Source: Octopus bimaculoides
Lineage: Eukaryota
Direction of reading: 5' to 3'
Assembly: GCF_001194135.2 (NCBI RefSeq)
Contig: NC_069006.1
Span: 21,749,710-21,813,709, forward strand
DNA: 64,000 nt
A program made the translations under genes and the position numbers. Each line of letters starts with the position of its first letter. The first letter of the stretch is position 1. A model generated the notes under the pieces. The model saw nothing but the letters and a program-made list of their open reading frames with translations. It ran no database searches and was not told the DNA's origin. Shown one piece after another: positions 63,764 to 64,000 of the stretch.

Positions 63764-64000
63764 GTCAGTATATGTGTGTGTGTGTGTGTATAAATATTTC
63801 TTTGCTATGTACACCAGAAGTAGTAATAGTTTAAAACAGCAATTTGTCATCATCATCTAATGTCCATTTTCTCTGCTGGTGTGGGTTGGACGGTTTGACA
63901 AGAGCTGGCAAGCCAGGGGACTGTGCCAAGGTCTGTCTGTTGTTTGTTTTGACTGTTGTGACATGGTTTTTCTACAGCCAGATGCCTTTCCTAATGCCAA

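Overview
Repeat-saturated animal genomic DNA: microsatellites, several tRNA-derived/RTE-tailed SINE families, MITEs, and 15 N-gaps totalling about 4.1 kb. The SINE repertoire looks like that of Octopus (coleoid cephalopod); this is inferred from recognition, not a search. Almost all ORF-track entries are microsatellite, SINE or gap artefacts. Only two coding exons are supportable, arranged head-to-head about 13 kb apart. (1) The first coding exon of a PPM1E/PPM1F-type PP2C phosphatase (POPX/CaMKP-N) on the minus strand at 50506-50298, ending in a phase-2 donor. Everything to its left is probably one very large intron 1. (2) The first coding exon of RAD51C on the plus strand at 63640-63763, ending in a phase-1 donor. 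RAD51C and PPM1E are also neighbours in human, suggesting an ancient linked pair. Between them lie a CpG-rich region with an E2F/YY1/CRE cluster, three CCAAT boxes spaced exactly 32 bp apart and a ~375-bp foldback element. Other notable items: a second ATG/donor pair that could give RAD51C an alternative in-frame N-terminus, a candidate poison exon in the PPM1E intron, a nested-palindrome MITE with a telomere-repeat core, and several long inverted repeats. Human sequences and exon phases quoted below are recalled from memory and need checking. SINE boundaries are approximate.
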